Source of the DNA: an uncultured archaeon
Lineage (GTDB): Archaea > Asgardarchaeota > Lokiarchaeia > Sigyniarchaeales > SOKP01
Direction: 5' to 3'
DNA: 64,000 bases
Assembly (NCBI GenBank): GCA_964493715.1
Contig: CAZBPC010000002.1
Coordinates: 73,637 to 137,636 of the forward strand
Under the pieces are notes generated by a model. The model made no database searches, was not told the DNA's origin, and saw only the letters and a program-made list of their open reading frames with translations. A program made the translations under genes and the position numbers. Of the stretch, positions 53,726 to 64,000 are shown piece after piece (the first letter of the stretch is position 1; each line of letters begins with the position of its first letter).

Positions 53726-54409
53726 TTAACCTCGTTTAGCTGCTGTTAGCATAATAATATAGTCAGCGACATCTTCAGCATTATCTGTTATCGTTTCGAG
53801 AGCATCAATACAATCATGAATTTCTATAGCTGTAAAAGCATTTTCTATTGGATTATTTGATACTAATAATCTGTTTATTGCAAAATGTAATTCATCACAT
53901 TGATGTTCTAATCTATTTACCTCCTCTCCCAATCTATGAATTTCAACATCTTCTGAGGAGATCAATTTATTTACCATAAGATTTAGCTTTTTAATAGCAG
54001 TTACAGAAATTCTAACAATTTCAAGCATTTTTTGATGAACATCATTTTCCAATTTTTGAAATGCAGTTTGATCTAAATATATTAAAATTCTAGCTGAAGC
54101 ATTTGTTGCATTAGCAATATCATCAATTCTGTTGGCTAACTGAGTTAAGTTTTGGTGTACTCTTGTTGGCAATTCCGCTTTTGAAAGCATATTAAGTATA
54201 TTTCTTCTAATACCATCCGCTTGGTGTTCTAATTCCGTGACTCGAAAAAGAACCTTCAGAGCAAGATCTATGTTTTTTTCCTCAATCAAATAAGATAATG
54301 CTTTTTCAAACTCGACAACACATTCTAAAACCTTTTGCATGTGTACGAAAATTTTATTTATGGCACTTTCCTCGTTTCGAGATTTAAACCATTCAAATAA
54401 AGAACTCAT
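53726..54409 (-). CDS. DUF47 (PhoU-like) protein
   Basis: LEHQADGIRR, IDDIAN, LEHQCD, TDNAEDVAD. Confidence 0.85.
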   Translation of the reverse strand: MSSLFEWFKSRNEESAINKIFVHMQKVLECVVEFEKALSYLIEEKNIDLALKVLFRVTELEHQADGIRRNILNMLSKAELPTRVHQNLTQLANRIDDIANATNASARILIYLDQTAFQKLENDVHQKMLEIVRISVTAIKKLNLMVNKLISSEDVEIHRLGEEVNRLEHQCDELHFAINRLLVSNNPIENAFTAIEIHDCIDALETITDNAEDVADYIIMLTAAKRG

Positions 54410-54450
54410 TATTTTCCTCCATTTTTTCTTTTATTAAATTTATTTAAATT

Positions 54451-55671
54451 TTATTCTAATTTTAGGATATTAGCTATTTCTTCTTTTCCTGGGTTCTTAA
54501 CTATAATTCCTAATTCCTTAGGGAAATATACAGTCACATCCAGATCTTCATTAAAGGTCTCATGAATTTCACTACTAGCAGGAATAGTTACGATTATGAT
54601 TTTCTCAAAATTAGTAAATTTTACTAATACTTCGAATCTATAAAATACTCCCATAAATTTACGACGAATTATTTTCCCAAATAATGCATTATTTTTCTGA
54701 TTAAGCCGATTACCCAATCTTATCTTCATATGATTTGCTCGAACCAATAATAATACATTTTCCTGATCAGTTTCTTCACAAAATGATTTATGTACGTATG
54801 CGGCAAATTTATTCTCCAGTCCGATATCAATTAATTTTGGCACCGAATCTTCTTGTATTTTCTGAAAAAATTTATCTCCTCTCTTAGATTTTCTATAAAT
54901 ATCCCAGGGTAGCTCTATATTTTTTAAACAATTACCCTCAAAATAATTGATTTCACTCATAAAATTAGCAACAAAGAGGTTTTTGGGACGGTAATAAATT
55001 TCATCTGGCGTTCCAACTTGAACGATTTGACCATTATTAATAATAGCTATTCTATCCGCAACCATCATTGCTTCTTCTTCCTCATTAGTAACATGGATAA
55101 CAGTGAGTCCTAATTGCTCAGATTTAGCCATTAATAATAATTCTCTCCTTAAATTCATTCTAAGCCCTGCATCTAACGCTTTCAATGGCTCATCCAGAAT
55201 TAATAGCTTGCTTTGTTCTAGATTCATTAATGCACGACATAGAGCCACACGCTGTTTCATACCTCCACTCATTTCTTCTGGGAATGCATTGTTTCTTCCA
55301 GTTAGAAGAGTCATCATTAAAACTTGATCTACAATCATTTTCGTTTGATCAATATCTCTAGCATTTACTCTGCCACTATAAGAAATATTGTCATAGATAT
55401 TCATATGAGGAAATAATGCATAATTTTCAAACATAAATCCTAAATTTCTTTCTTCTGGAGATAACGTTGATGCATTTTTTTCATCAAAATAAATATTGCC
55501 AGAATCTGGTTTTATAAGCCCTGCAATAACCTTTAATAATGTCGTTTTTCCTGCACCCGTGGGTCCAAGAAGAATAAAATATTCTTTATCTTTAATTTCT
55601 AGATTAATATTATCAAGTGCATTGAAATTTCTAAAAGATTTAGACACATTTTCTAATTTAATACTTACCAC
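54451..55671 (-). CDS. ABC importer ATPase (PotA/CysA-like)
   Basis: GPTGAGKT, MSGGMKQR, LILDEP, HVT. Confidence 0.9.
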   Translation of the reverse strand: MVSIKLENVSKSFRNFNALDNINLEIKDKEYFILLGPTGAGKTTLLKVIAGLIKPDSGNIYFDEKNASTLSPEERNLGFMFENYALFPHMNIYDNISYSGRVNARDIDQTKMIVDQVLMMTLLTGRNNAFPEEMSGGMKQRVALCRALMNLEQSKLLILDEPLKALDAGLRMNLRRELLLMAKSEQLGLTVIHVTNEEEEAMMVADRIAIINNGQIVQVGTPDEIYYRPKNLFVANFMSEINYFEGNCLKNIELPWDIYRKSKRGDKFFQKIQEDSVPKLIDIGLENKFAAYVHKSFCEETDQENVLLLVRANHMKIRLGNRLNQKNNALFGKIIRRKFMGVFYRFEVLVKFTNFEKIIIVTIPASSEIHETFNEDLDVTVYFPKELGIIVKNPGKEEIANILKLE

Positions 55672-55689
55672 TTCGATTACTCTCCGTTT

Positions 55690-56835
55690 TTAAGATAAAG
55701 ATAATTCATTGAATAGATTTTCTGGAGCTTTAAAAACATGTATATCACTCTGATGAACTCCTATAATCAGTTCATCGCCTTTTTGGTAATTCTCTTCATA
55801 ATTTCCCGGTTTTATAGATATAAATTGATCTCTATTATCTAAGCTTAAATAAAAGCGCTTAGTTGCACCTACAAATCTAGAAGAATCTAAATATGCTTTA
55901 AAAAATTGCATTTTTGACCAATCATAATGACTACCTTCAAAATCATAATTTTTAGGGAATAAATAAACATCTTCATATCTAAAAGCGACTAAAATATTAT
56001 CATCTAAATTAAACTTATTTTGTTTATTTTCACATAACATTTTTGGACCTCCTAAACGAATCCAAACTTGCATATAATTCTCTTCTAATAACTTTAAAAC
56101 AAATCCTTGAAGGAAATTTGTCTCACCTAAAAAATTTGCTACAAAGATGCTATTTGGGGCTTCATATAATTCATAAGGAGATCCCATTTGAAGGATTTTA
56201 CCAGCTCGCATAACAATTATTTTATCCGCGATTGCCATAGCTTCTTCTTGATTGTGTGTGACATGAATAGCCGTTAATCCTAAATCTTTGATAAGATTTC
56301 TCAATTCATGACGAAAAACCTTAGAAACTTTTGGATCCAAGGATCCCAATGGTTCATCCATAATCAGTATTTTTGCTCCCGTTGCAATTGCTCGCGCTAT
56401 TCCTAATTTTTGTAAGCCTGGGTTTCCAAAAATTGAAGGAAATTCATCCGCATAATTCAATAATCCAACAGTTTCCAATGCTTTTTGAGCTTTCTTTATA
56501 ATATAACTTTCTTCATAACCTCGCATTTCTAATCCAAAAGTTACATTCTCCCAAACTGTAAGATGGTGAAAAATTTCAAAATTCTGGAAGATAAAACCCA
56601 TATCCCGATCTTCGGGAGAAATTCCATCGACATCCTTATCATCTATTAAGATTTTTCCTTTTACTGGTTTTTCTAACCCTGCTATCATTCTTAAGGTAGT
56701 AGTTTTTCCACATCCACTAGGTCCAAGTAAAAACACATAATCTCCATTTTCAATTGTAAAGGAGATATTATCTACAGCTAAAACTTTTCCCTCATCAAAT
56801 GTCATTGTAATATTAATTAATTTAATTGTTGGCAA
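55690..56835 (-). CDS. ABC importer ATPase with degenerate signature motif
   Basis: GPSGCGKT, LIMDEP and VTH intact; signature reads FGNPGLQK. Confidence 0.88.
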   Translation of the reverse strand: MPTIKLINITMTFDEGKVLAVDNISFTIENGDYVFLLGPSGCGKTTTLRMIAGLEKPVKGKILIDDKDVDGISPEDRDMGFIFQNFEIFHHLTVWENVTFGLEMRGYEESYIIKKAQKALETVGLLNYADEFPSIFGNPGLQKLGIARAIATGAKILIMDEPLGSLDPKVSKVFRHELRNLIKDLGLTAIHVTHNQEEAMAIADKIIVMRAGKILQMGSPYELYEAPNSIFVANFLGETNFLQGFVLKLLEENYMQVWIRLGGPKMLCENKQNKFNLDDNILVAFRYEDVYLFPKNYDFEGSHYDWSKMQFFKAYLDSSRFVGATKRFYLSLDNRDQFISIKPGNYEENYQKGDELIIGVHQSDIHVFKAPENLFNELSLS

Positions 56836-58501
56836 GTATTTTTCTCCTCCTCGTAGTTACTGCTCTCAATGCGAAAATCAAGACTGCACTAAAAATTATT
56901 ACTACTGTACTAGCAAAAATTGCACTTGCAATATTATTAGCTTCAACCCAATCTACAATTAATACCGGAATAGTTCTAATATTTCCCATTACAACGATAG
57001 TGGCACCTGTTTCTCCCAATGATCGCGTGAATACCATTATGCATCCGGCAATAATTCCTTGTTTAATATTTGGAACGGTAATTTTCCTAAAAACTGTCAT
57101 ATTAGACGCTCCTAACGTTCTAGCGGCTTCTTCTATCCCAGCATCAGAATTTTTTAAAACACCAATGACTGGTCTCACCATATAGGGGAATGTGAATGTC
57201 ACGTGAACAAATAATATCATAAAAAACCCAGGTTGGAATAAACCAATCCCTGCAGGTCCCCAAAATAAGAAAATAGCAAACCCTAAAGCTGCTGAAGGAA
57301 TTGCTATAGGTAGATCCAGTATCGTATCTAGAATCGTAATAATCCTTCCCCAATTACGTTTAGTTATAATAAACGCAAAAGGAATTCCAAAAACCAAATT
57401 AATTATAACTGCTAGAGCTCCTATTTCTATTGAACTCATCAGACTTGTGTAAAGATAAACCCATTTATAATCTTGTCCTAAGAATAATTCTTTAAATAAG
57501 TTTCCTTCAGTTATTTGGCTAATAATGTAAAATGAAGGTATAAGTATTACAAAAATTAGAATGCTAATAGTTAAAATGTCTCTCAAATTTCTCAAAGTTT
57601 TATGACTTAAACTTCTCTCTAATTTTGGCCATACTTTTCTTACCGTAAAACTTCCTCTTCTTGAGAAAAACTTAATGGAAAATAACAAGCTTATAGAAAT
57701 AGCAATCAAGATTCCAGCTAGTAATGAAGCACTAGGAAGCTCTAATTGTCTTCGAAACCCAACAATTAAAATGGGTGCCGTTTCAACTAAACCTGAAAGA
57801 ATAAGTGTAGCTCCCGTTTCACCAAGACTTCTCGTAAAAGCGAGAATAGCACCTGCTATTAAACCTTCTCTCATCATTGGTAGTGTAATTGTTCTGAACA
57901 CTGTGAATCCTGATGCCCCAAGAGTTCTAGCAGCATCCTCATAAATTACAGCAGCTTGTTCTAAGACAATTTTCATGTTTCTTACGATATATGGAAAAGT
58001 GAATACGATATGACCAAGAATTATTAGAACCATGCCAGGACTTACCCCAAATATCCCCCAAAATAATAAAACTGAAAAACCTAAAGCACTCGTTGGTACA
58101 GCCATGGGTAAATCAACTAGCGCATCAAGAAATTTCTTTCCTTTAAAATCATATCTGGTCAAAATTATCGCAGTAGGAAAAGCGATGATAATGTCGACGA
58201 TTACTGCAATAGTAGCTATCGAGAAAGATGCTCCTAAAGATTTTAAAATATTCATCCATTGGAGATCTCCAATTAATTCATCATTAAAGACGTCCTTATA
58301 TATGGAAGGAATGTTTAAAAAAATTGTAGAGAATATGTTAATTATTGGTCCTATTATAACTAAAATAAAGAAAATAATTGTTATTGTATCTAGACTCTTT
58401 CGATAAATTGGTTTGGAAAAGAAGCGATCAAATTTTAAACTGAATGGGACACGGAGATTATTCAACTCTTGGTCTTCCAACACTTTTTTTAACTCACTCA
58501 A
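56822..58501 (-). CDS. ABC permease with two fused CysT/ModB-like domains
   Basis: Duplicated DLP..PS.ALG, EDAARTLGAS/EEAARTLGAS, FTRSLGETGAT. Confidence 0.9.
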   Translation of the reverse strand: MSELKKVLEDQELNNLRVPFSLKFDRFFSKPIYRKSLDTITIIFFILVIIGPIINIFSTIFLNIPSIYKDVFNDELIGDLQWMNILKSLGASFSIATIAVIVDIIIAFPTAIILTRYDFKGKKFLDALVDLPMAVPTSALGFSVLLFWGIFGVSPGMVLIILGHIVFTFPYIVRNMKIVLEQAAVIYEDAARTLGASGFTVFRTITLPMMREGLIAGAILAFTRSLGETGATLILSGLVETAPILIVGFRRQLELPSASLLAGILIAISISLLFSIKFFSRRGSFTVRKVWPKLERSLSHKTLRNLRDILTISILIFVILIPSFYIISQITEGNLFKELFLGQDYKWVYLYTSLMSSIEIGALAVIINLVFGIPFAFIITKRNWGRIITILDTILDLPIAIPSAALGFAIFLFWGPAGIGLFQPGFFMILFVHVTFTFPYMVRPVIGVLKNSDAGIEEAARTLGASNMTVFRKITVPNIKQGIIAGCIMVFTRSLGETGATIVVMGNIRTIPVLIVDWVEANNIASAIFASTVVIIFSAVLIFALRAVTTRRRKILANN

Positions 58502-58524
58502 AATATCACCATTATTGTAGCCTA

Positions 58525-59646
58525 TTAAGAGGTGGCTTTACATAGCAACCATAAATCGGGTATTTTCAATAGTACAGTTCCATCATTTGGAGCTACTAGC
58601 TCAGGAACAGTGATGTTAAAAGCTATACCGTTATTTTCATAATTAAAAACGTTAGGATCTAATGGTATAGATGTATCAATTGGACGAAAACCATATTCCA
58701 TGGCTGATTCAATCGTACTCGTTTGATTTAAATAATCTAAAAAAGCATCTGCAACCATTCTTTGATCTGGAGTAACCCAGTCACCATTTAATATACAAAA
58801 GGGATGATCACTATACAAAGTACCTTCTTCAGGATAAATCGCAATAATTTTGCCTCCCTCTGCTGTACTTGAAATATCTCTTATTAAATTTTCATAAAGA
58901 AAAACTACATTTAATTCAGAAGGTCCTTGAGTTTTCATATAACTTGCTAAAAAGCCAGTAGATTTTCCATATATGATCGCACTTGACTCGAAATCTTTTA
59001 ACCATTGCTGATTACTTATATTTGTAAGATCATTCATTGTAAGATTTTCTGAGGAAGTACCCGAAGCAGCAGAAATAGCCATGATAACACTCATAAATCC
59101 TGAGTTTGATAATCTTGGATCTGTGTGTGCCATTTTCACATCAATATTTGGGTTCAAATTTAAATTGCGCAAATCTGAAAGGCTCTTGATATTATAAGTT
59201 AGATTGAATGATTCCCAAGTGGCGATTACTATAGGTGAATAAATTATCCTAACTACTCCATCTGAATCTACGATAGACGCATCTCCCGTCAATTCATTCC
59301 ACTTAGTATTTAAGAAAGGTATCCAAATTGAACTTGCTGGGCTCCAAATCGTTGGGAAAATCTCACCATTTAAAATACTAATTATTGAATCAGAAGATCC
59401 ATAAGGATACATATCAACTTTTATCTTAATATCCGGATTATTAATTTCCCATTCATTTATAAAATTACTATAAGCAGCCGTCATCCAGCTTGCTTTCTCT
59501 GAACTATAAACAATGCTAATATGAATTGCATCTTCTCCACTTTGTAAAACTAGAGTAGTGGATAATGCACCAATAAAAAAACCTAAAATAAAAATTAAAA
59601 TATATATCCCTTTCTTTTTTTTTTTAACTTTACGGTTAAATGACAT
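58525..59646 (-). CDS. Membrane-anchored ABC substrate-binding protein
   Basis: N-terminal TM; SSEK, WSPASS, SPIVIA, HTDPRLSNSG, YPEEGTLYSDHP. Confidence 0.82.
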   Translation of the reverse strand: MSFNRKVKKKKKGIYILIFILGFFIGALSTTLVLQSGEDAIHISIVYSSEKASWMTAAYSNFINEWEINNPDIKIKVDMYPYGSSDSIISILNGEIFPTIWSPASSIWIPFLNTKWNELTGDASIVDSDGVVRIIYSPIVIATWESFNLTYNIKSLSDLRNLNLNPNIDVKMAHTDPRLSNSGFMSVIMAISAASGTSSENLTMNDLTNISNQQWLKDFESSAIIYGKSTGFLASYMKTQGPSELNVVFLYENLIRDISSTAEGGKIIAIYPEEGTLYSDHPFCILNGDWVTPDQRMVADAFLDYLNQTSTIESAMEYGFRPIDTSIPLDPNVFNYENNGIAFNITVPELVAPNDGTVLLKIPDLWLLCKATS

Positions 59647-59670
59647 AATATATTACCGATTCTAACTAGG

Positions 59671-59784
59671 TTATATAAAAGATCTAATATAATTATCAAT
59701 TAAAGCGAAAATAACACCAATAAGCATTCCAAATGTTAAAATCAAAAAATATATAATCACTCGTTTCATTGGAATATCCAACAT
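59671..59784 (-). CDS. 37-aa single-TM small protein at the head of the ABC operon (not in ORF track)
   Basis: MLDIPMKRVIIYFLILTFGMLIGVIFALIDNYIRSFI*. Confidence 0.5.
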   Translation of the reverse strand: MLDIPMKRVIIYFLILTFGMLIGVIFALIDNYIRSFI

Positions 59785-59973
59785 TCACTCTTTCTAATTA
59801 AAAAAAAATATTTAATACATCCGTTTGGATAAAATCTACAAATATCTATAATATTTACCAATATTAATCATATAGTTATATATATTCTATATATGCTTCG
59901 TTAATAATTTAAAAATCAATAATTTAAGAAACTGACCTTGATTATTAATTTTAGGATATAGTATAATTAAATT

Positions 59974-60225
59974 ATGGTGAAGTTTTTTTTCTTCCGTTGT
60001 TATCATTGCGGTGAATGGTATTATAGCAATAAAATCATTAAATCCAAGAAATGTTGGAAATGTAACAGAACTTTTCAATTCAAAAATGCAATTAATGTAT
60101 CACGCAGTTGTTCCATTAACGAAGCAATCTCGATAATAAAACAATTAAAAGGAAAGGGAGAGATGGAATCACTTTCAACATTTGTCTTACGTGCTGAAAA
60201 CATTACTAAGGGCAAAAATGAGTAA
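59974..60225 (+). CDS. Small Zn-ribbon protein (DUF1922-like)
   Basis: FRCYHCG...KKCWKC. Confidence 0.7.
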   Translation: MVKFFFFRCYHCGEWYYSNKIIKSKKCWKCNRTFQFKNAINVSRSCSINEAISIIKQLKGKGEMESLSTFVLRAENITKGKNE

Positions 60226-60313
60226 AAAACAAAAAAGCTTTATTTCTTCACTCCTTTTTAAAGTATACTTATTGTTCTTATTTCCAGTAAATTACTTAAT
60301 TTAAAGCGAGATA

Positions 60314-61771
60314 ATGAAAATGGCAGAAAATGAAGAATTACTTGTCTTCACTGACGATTTAATAAATCAATTATACGATAAAGCTCAAAATGAAGTTGAT
60401 TACTGGGATATTCGGGCAGGTGTGAGTAAAGGAAATACAATAGAATTTTCAGATGAGAAGAGTAAGGAGATAACTTCATATTTATTAACTGGATGTAGCA
60501 TTAGAACATTCATCGATGGAGGTTGGGGCTTTCGTGTTTTAAAAAGTGTCTCAAAAAAAAATTTGCTGAATGAATTTGTCAAGACCATAAAATTAGCAAA
60601 ATTTTCTTCTTCTTTATGTAAATTCCAGTTTCATATAAAAGAAAGAAATGCTTTAACTCAAAATTTTAAGGTTAACAGCAAAAGAAAGTTAGAAGATGTA
60701 GATTTAACGGAAAAAATAGAATTGGTAAAAAACAATGAAAATATTGCTTTCAACTATTCTAAATTGATAAAAAGTACGAGAACTATTTATTTAGATAGTC
60801 ATGTTGATTTAATATTTCTAGATGCTTTTGGTTCTAAAATTAAACAAGAATTAGAGATTCTTCGCTTATTTTCTTCAGTTTATGCCCAAAATAAAGGAAT
60901 TATTCAAAATGGGACAAATTCAATAGGTGGTGTGGGTGGATTTGAAGTCATGAACACTGAAAAAGCCCAATATTTAAGTAAAAAATCCTCTGAACAAGCA
61001 ATTAATCTACTTAATGCTAAATCACCCATAGGAGGTAGTTTTAGAGTCATATTAGATTCTAAATTGACAGGGACATTTATTCATGAAGCACTGGGTCATG
61101 CTTGTGAAGCTGATTTAGTATTAAATAAGGAAAGCATACTTACTGGAAAAGTTGGGAAAAAAATTAGCATAGAAGATGTTTCCGTTGTTGATGATCCACG
61201 TTTTGGACAAGGCGAAAAATTTAATCTACCTTATGAATTATTTGGATGTTATTTCATTGATGAAGAAGGTACTCCAGCACAAAAAACCGTTATTATTAGA
61301 GATGGAATTCTCCGAAGTTTTATTCATTCTTTAGAAACAGCTTCTAGAATGAATGTTGAACCTAATGGACATGGAAGGGCAAGTTCAAACAGTTCAAAAC
61401 CCCAAGTTAGAATGGGTTTTACATACTTAGAACCAAAAGATTGGAATCTTGACGAAATGATTGAAGATACAAAAAAAGGAATATTATGTGAAGATTTCCA
61501 GTATGGTTATACAGATCCCACTACAGGAAACTTTCAGTTTAAATGTAGAATCTCAACAAGAATAGAAAATGGAGAAAAAAAAGAAAATTTGAGAGATGTG
61601 TCTTTCGGAGGAATGACCTTAGATGTGCTAAATAAAATTTCTGCGATAGGTAATGAGAATACTTTTAATTATTCAGATGGGATTTGTGGGAAAGGTGGTC
61701 AAGGCATAAGAGTTTGTGATGGGGGACCATATATAAGAATCGATAATTTAACAGTAGGAGGATTGAATTAA
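60314..61771 (+). CDS. tldD: TldD metalloprotease subunit
   Basis: HEALGHACEAD, DEEG, GHGR, CGKGGQ. Confidence 0.92.
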   Translation: MKMAENEELLVFTDDLINQLYDKAQNEVDYWDIRAGVSKGNTIEFSDEKSKEITSYLLTGCSIRTFIDGGWGFRVLKSVSKKNLLNEFVKTIKLAKFSSSLCKFQFHIKERNALTQNFKVNSKRKLEDVDLTEKIELVKNNENIAFNYSKLIKSTRTIYLDSHVDLIFLDAFGSKIKQELEILRLFSSVYAQNKGIIQNGTNSIGGVGGFEVMNTEKAQYLSKKSSEQAINLLNAKSPIGGSFRVILDSKLTGTFIHEALGHACEADLVLNKESILTGKVGKKISIEDVSVVDDPRFGQGEKFNLPYELFGCYFIDEEGTPAQKTVIIRDGILRSFIHSLETASRMNVEPNGHGRASSNSSKPQVRMGFTYLEPKDWNLDEMIEDTKKGILCEDFQYGYTDPTTGNFQFKCRISTRIENGEKKENLRDVSFGGMTLDVLNKISAIGNENTFNYSDGICGKGGQGIRVCDGGPYIRIDNLTVGGLN

Positions 61772-63148
61772 ATGGAAAATGATGTAGATATATTTCAATT
61801 AGCAAATCATGGACTTAATACCCTAAATAAATATGGATCTACATTAAAATGTGCAGAACTTTTCTTCGGTCTAAATGAATATCTCACTATCGAAATAGAA
61901 GAAAATTCAATAAAAAATAGTGAAATTGGTAGTGATGAGGGTGTCTCAATAAGAGCAATAGGACGAAATGGTTCTCTTGGTTTCTCTTTTACAAATCGAT
62001 TGAATGATCAATCTATAGATCATATGATTGAAAATTCTATCAAAATGATGCATTCAGGAACAGAAGATTTGGACTTTATTGATCTCCCCCAACCTTTCGA
62101 CTCGTATCCAAGCGTGAAGGATATGTATGATCGAAACGTTCAATCATTAACAATAGAAGATTCTATCGATTATGTAACAGAATTAATAAGAATATGTGAT
62201 GAAGATGATTTAGCTATTTCTCAATCGGCAAATTTTACAGCAAGTACATCTAAAAGTAATATTTTTAACACTAATGGGTTGGAAGTGGAAGGAGAAGAAA
62301 CTATTTGTTCAATTTCTTCTCATGTAATTGTAAAAGACAAAACTAGAAAAGATACAACTTTCGGGTTTGAATATCAAAGTGAGAGATTTTTGAGTGAAAT
62401 TCATCCCTCAAGTATCATTAAATCTGCGTTAACAAAAGCAAAACAGAATTTAAATCGAAAAAAAATTAAAAGTATGCGTTGTCCAGTAGTCTTAACTCCA
62501 AATGGAACGATAAGCTTGATCTTAAAACCTATTGCTGCTGCTGTCAATGCTGAAGCATTCCAACATAAAAGAACATTCTTTGTAGATAAAAGAAATGAAC
62601 AAATAGGTTCTGATCAGATTACTATAAGAGATGATGCGTTGATAAATGGAGCAGTTGGATCCGCGATTTTTGACGCTGAAGGTGTTCCTTGTCAAAATAC
62701 AATGATTATTGAAAATGGACTTTTCTTAAACAACGGATTATTACATAATAGCTATACCGCCGGGAAAGAAGGAGTCAAAAGCACGGGAAATGCCTCAAGG
62801 AATTCATATTCCTCAACTCCCTCAATAGGAATTTCAAATTTCATCGTATCGCCTGGAAAAATAGCAAAAAATGAACTCATTGAAGATATAAAACTTGGAA
62901 TATTACTTGATTACACAGGAGATAGCCCTAATATATCAACTGGAGATTTTTCAGGTCTCATTCTACAAGGAAATATTATTGAGAATGGTGAAATAGGACA
63001 TGCTCTAAATGAAACAATGATAGGCATAAATTTATTGGAGTTATTCAAGAAAGTTGATTGCATTTCTTCTGAATATAAAATTTATGGGTCCTATCAAGCT
63101 CCATTCTTAAAAATTAACGATATTCAAATTATTGGGAGCAGTACTTAG
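61772..63148 (+). CDS. pmbA: TldE/PmbA subunit
   Basis: FDAEGVP, STGNA, NISTGDFS; no HExxH. Confidence 0.9.
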   Translation: MENDVDIFQLANHGLNTLNKYGSTLKCAELFFGLNEYLTIEIEENSIKNSEIGSDEGVSIRAIGRNGSLGFSFTNRLNDQSIDHMIENSIKMMHSGTEDLDFIDLPQPFDSYPSVKDMYDRNVQSLTIEDSIDYVTELIRICDEDDLAISQSANFTASTSKSNIFNTNGLEVEGEETICSISSHVIVKDKTRKDTTFGFEYQSERFLSEIHPSSIIKSALTKAKQNLNRKKIKSMRCPVVLTPNGTISLILKPIAAAVNAEAFQHKRTFFVDKRNEQIGSDQITIRDDALINGAVGSAIFDAEGVPCQNTMIIENGLFLNNGLLHNSYTAGKEGVKSTGNASRNSYSSTPSIGISNFIVSPGKIAKNELIEDIKLGILLDYTGDSPNISTGDFSGLILQGNIIENGEIGHALNETMIGINLLELFKKVDCISSEYKIYGSYQAPFLKINDIQIIGSST

Positions 63149-63669
63149 GTTGTTACGTTTAAATTTTGCCAGAGAATCTCCCAAAACACTTCATTTAAGT
63201 CTAATTTAATTTCCCAGAACTCCATTATAATACTATAATTTACTCCTGGTACCAAAAATGATACATTCAACTTTTCCGATGTCCATCTAGTTCCATGATT
63301 GATTTTCACATTTGTGATATTCAGATATGAAGTGGCATTTACAGAACCTAAAGAACTCTTAATAGTTTCATTATCCCCTTTCAAAATTTCTAAGCGAAGA
63401 GTAAATTCTCGATTTAACTGGTTTTCCACAAATACATAAAAAGAAGCATTTTCTCCTACTGAAAGTTCAGATGGAAAATCATCAAGTTTCATATCTGAAT
63501 TTAATACTCCAAAGGAAATAAAACCGGGTGCAGGTTTTAACACGTAATACAAAATAAACCCTGATATTACCACTATTCCTATGATTAATAAAACTTTCAA
63601 TAAATTATCAAACTCTAATCGGTTTGATATATTCTCTTTTCTATTTGTTTGTTTAATGGTGTTAATCAT
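63145..63669 (-). CDS. DUF1616-like membrane-anchored protein
   Basis: Single TM, then FISFGVLN..DDFPSELSVGE beta-rich domain. Confidence 0.65.
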   Translation of the reverse strand: MINTIKQTNRKENISNRLEFDNLLKVLLIIGIVVISGFILYYVLKPAPGFISFGVLNSDMKLDDFPSELSVGENASFYVFVENQLNREFTLRLEILKGDNETIKSSLGSVNATSYLNITNVKINHGTRWTSEKLNVSFLVPGVNYSIIMEFWEIKLDLNEVFWEILWQNLNVTT

Positions 63670-64000
63670 TATCCTTGAACCATAAAATTGTTTTTTCTAA
63701 TGCTTCTTTTAATGAAGTTTTGGGTTCCCATTTTAAAATTTTTCTTGCTTTACTAATATCAGGACTTCGACGTACAGGATCATCAACAGGTAAGGATTTA
63801 AAGATAATTTTCGATTTTGAATTGGTTAAATCTTTAATTAAATTGGCTAATTCAAGTATTGTATATTCTTTTTCATTACCTAAATTAATAACTTCCCCAA
63901 TTGCTTCTTTATTATATACAAATTTTAGAATTCCTTCAATTTCATCAACTACATATGTGAAAGATCTCGTTTGAGAGCCTTTACCAAAAACTGTGATATC
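63662..64000 (-). CDS. NAD-dependent epimerase/UDP-glucuronate decarboxylase-like, 3' end (truncated by window; not in ORF track)
   Basis: Minus frame from 64000: ITVFGKGSQTRSFTYV..INLGN..DDPVRRSPDISKA..WEPK. Confidence 0.88.
   Translation of the reverse strand, partial: DITVFGKGSQTRSFTYVVDEIEGILKFVYNKEAIGEVINLGNEKEYTILELANLIKDLTNSKSKIIFKSLPVDDPVRRSPDISKARKILKWEPKTSLKEALEKTILWFKDND

Noticed and set aside
61195-61250. Short apparent insertion in TldD (GQGEKFNLPYE) with AAGG/CCTT pairing
   Set aside because: The central helix does not pair, the frame is intact, and it is probably a natural loop.
1588-63974. Many 60-160 aa antisense or overlapping ORFs in the track (for example 3084-3566, 11106-11312, 23221-23604, 56826-57185, 63675-63974)
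   Set aside because: They are shadow ORFs overlapping well-supported genes and carry no recognisable motifs.
1-64000. tRNA, rRNA, CRISPR arrays, IS elements
   Set aside because: No cloverleaf-like GC-rich segments, spaced repeats, transposase ORFs or terminal inverted repeats were seen by eye; a covariance-model search was not possible.

Overview
AT-rich, gene-dense archaeal chromosome segment. Its content (prefoldin beta, Cgi121, Sua5, porABDG, ZPR1, CDC48, FEN1, Nob1, aIF5A, SRP54, longin-like and Roadblock proteins, SCP2) points to an Asgard archaeon, probably Lokiarchaeia; this taxonomy is an inference. I saw no rRNA, tRNA, CRISPR array or transposase. Main finding: two protein-coding genes that look broken in the ORF track each carry a tiny intron with canonical bulge-helix-bulge (BHB) geometry. 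One is a 32-nt intron (11104-11135) in the GGGDCPG motif of a PPi-type phosphofructokinase. The other is a 30-nt intron (45600-45629) in the HPHPQYGGS motif of an alpha/beta hydrolase. Cutting each 3-nt bulge after its second base, the tRNA-splicing endonuclease rule, restores both motifs and reading frames exactly, which suggests tRNA-type mRNA splicing. A free-standing LAGLIDADG endonuclease gene ends about 130 nt upstream of the pfk intron. Just downstream of pfk lie back-to-back diverged remnants of the acyl-CoA dehydrogenase and pfk 3' ends, a recombination scar next to an MFS gene. Also present: two apparently decayed pseudogenes, a dispersed sugar-catabolism gene set including a dehydrogenase-aldolase fusion, a PiT gene with three DUF47 genes, and an ABC importer with one degenerate ATPase.
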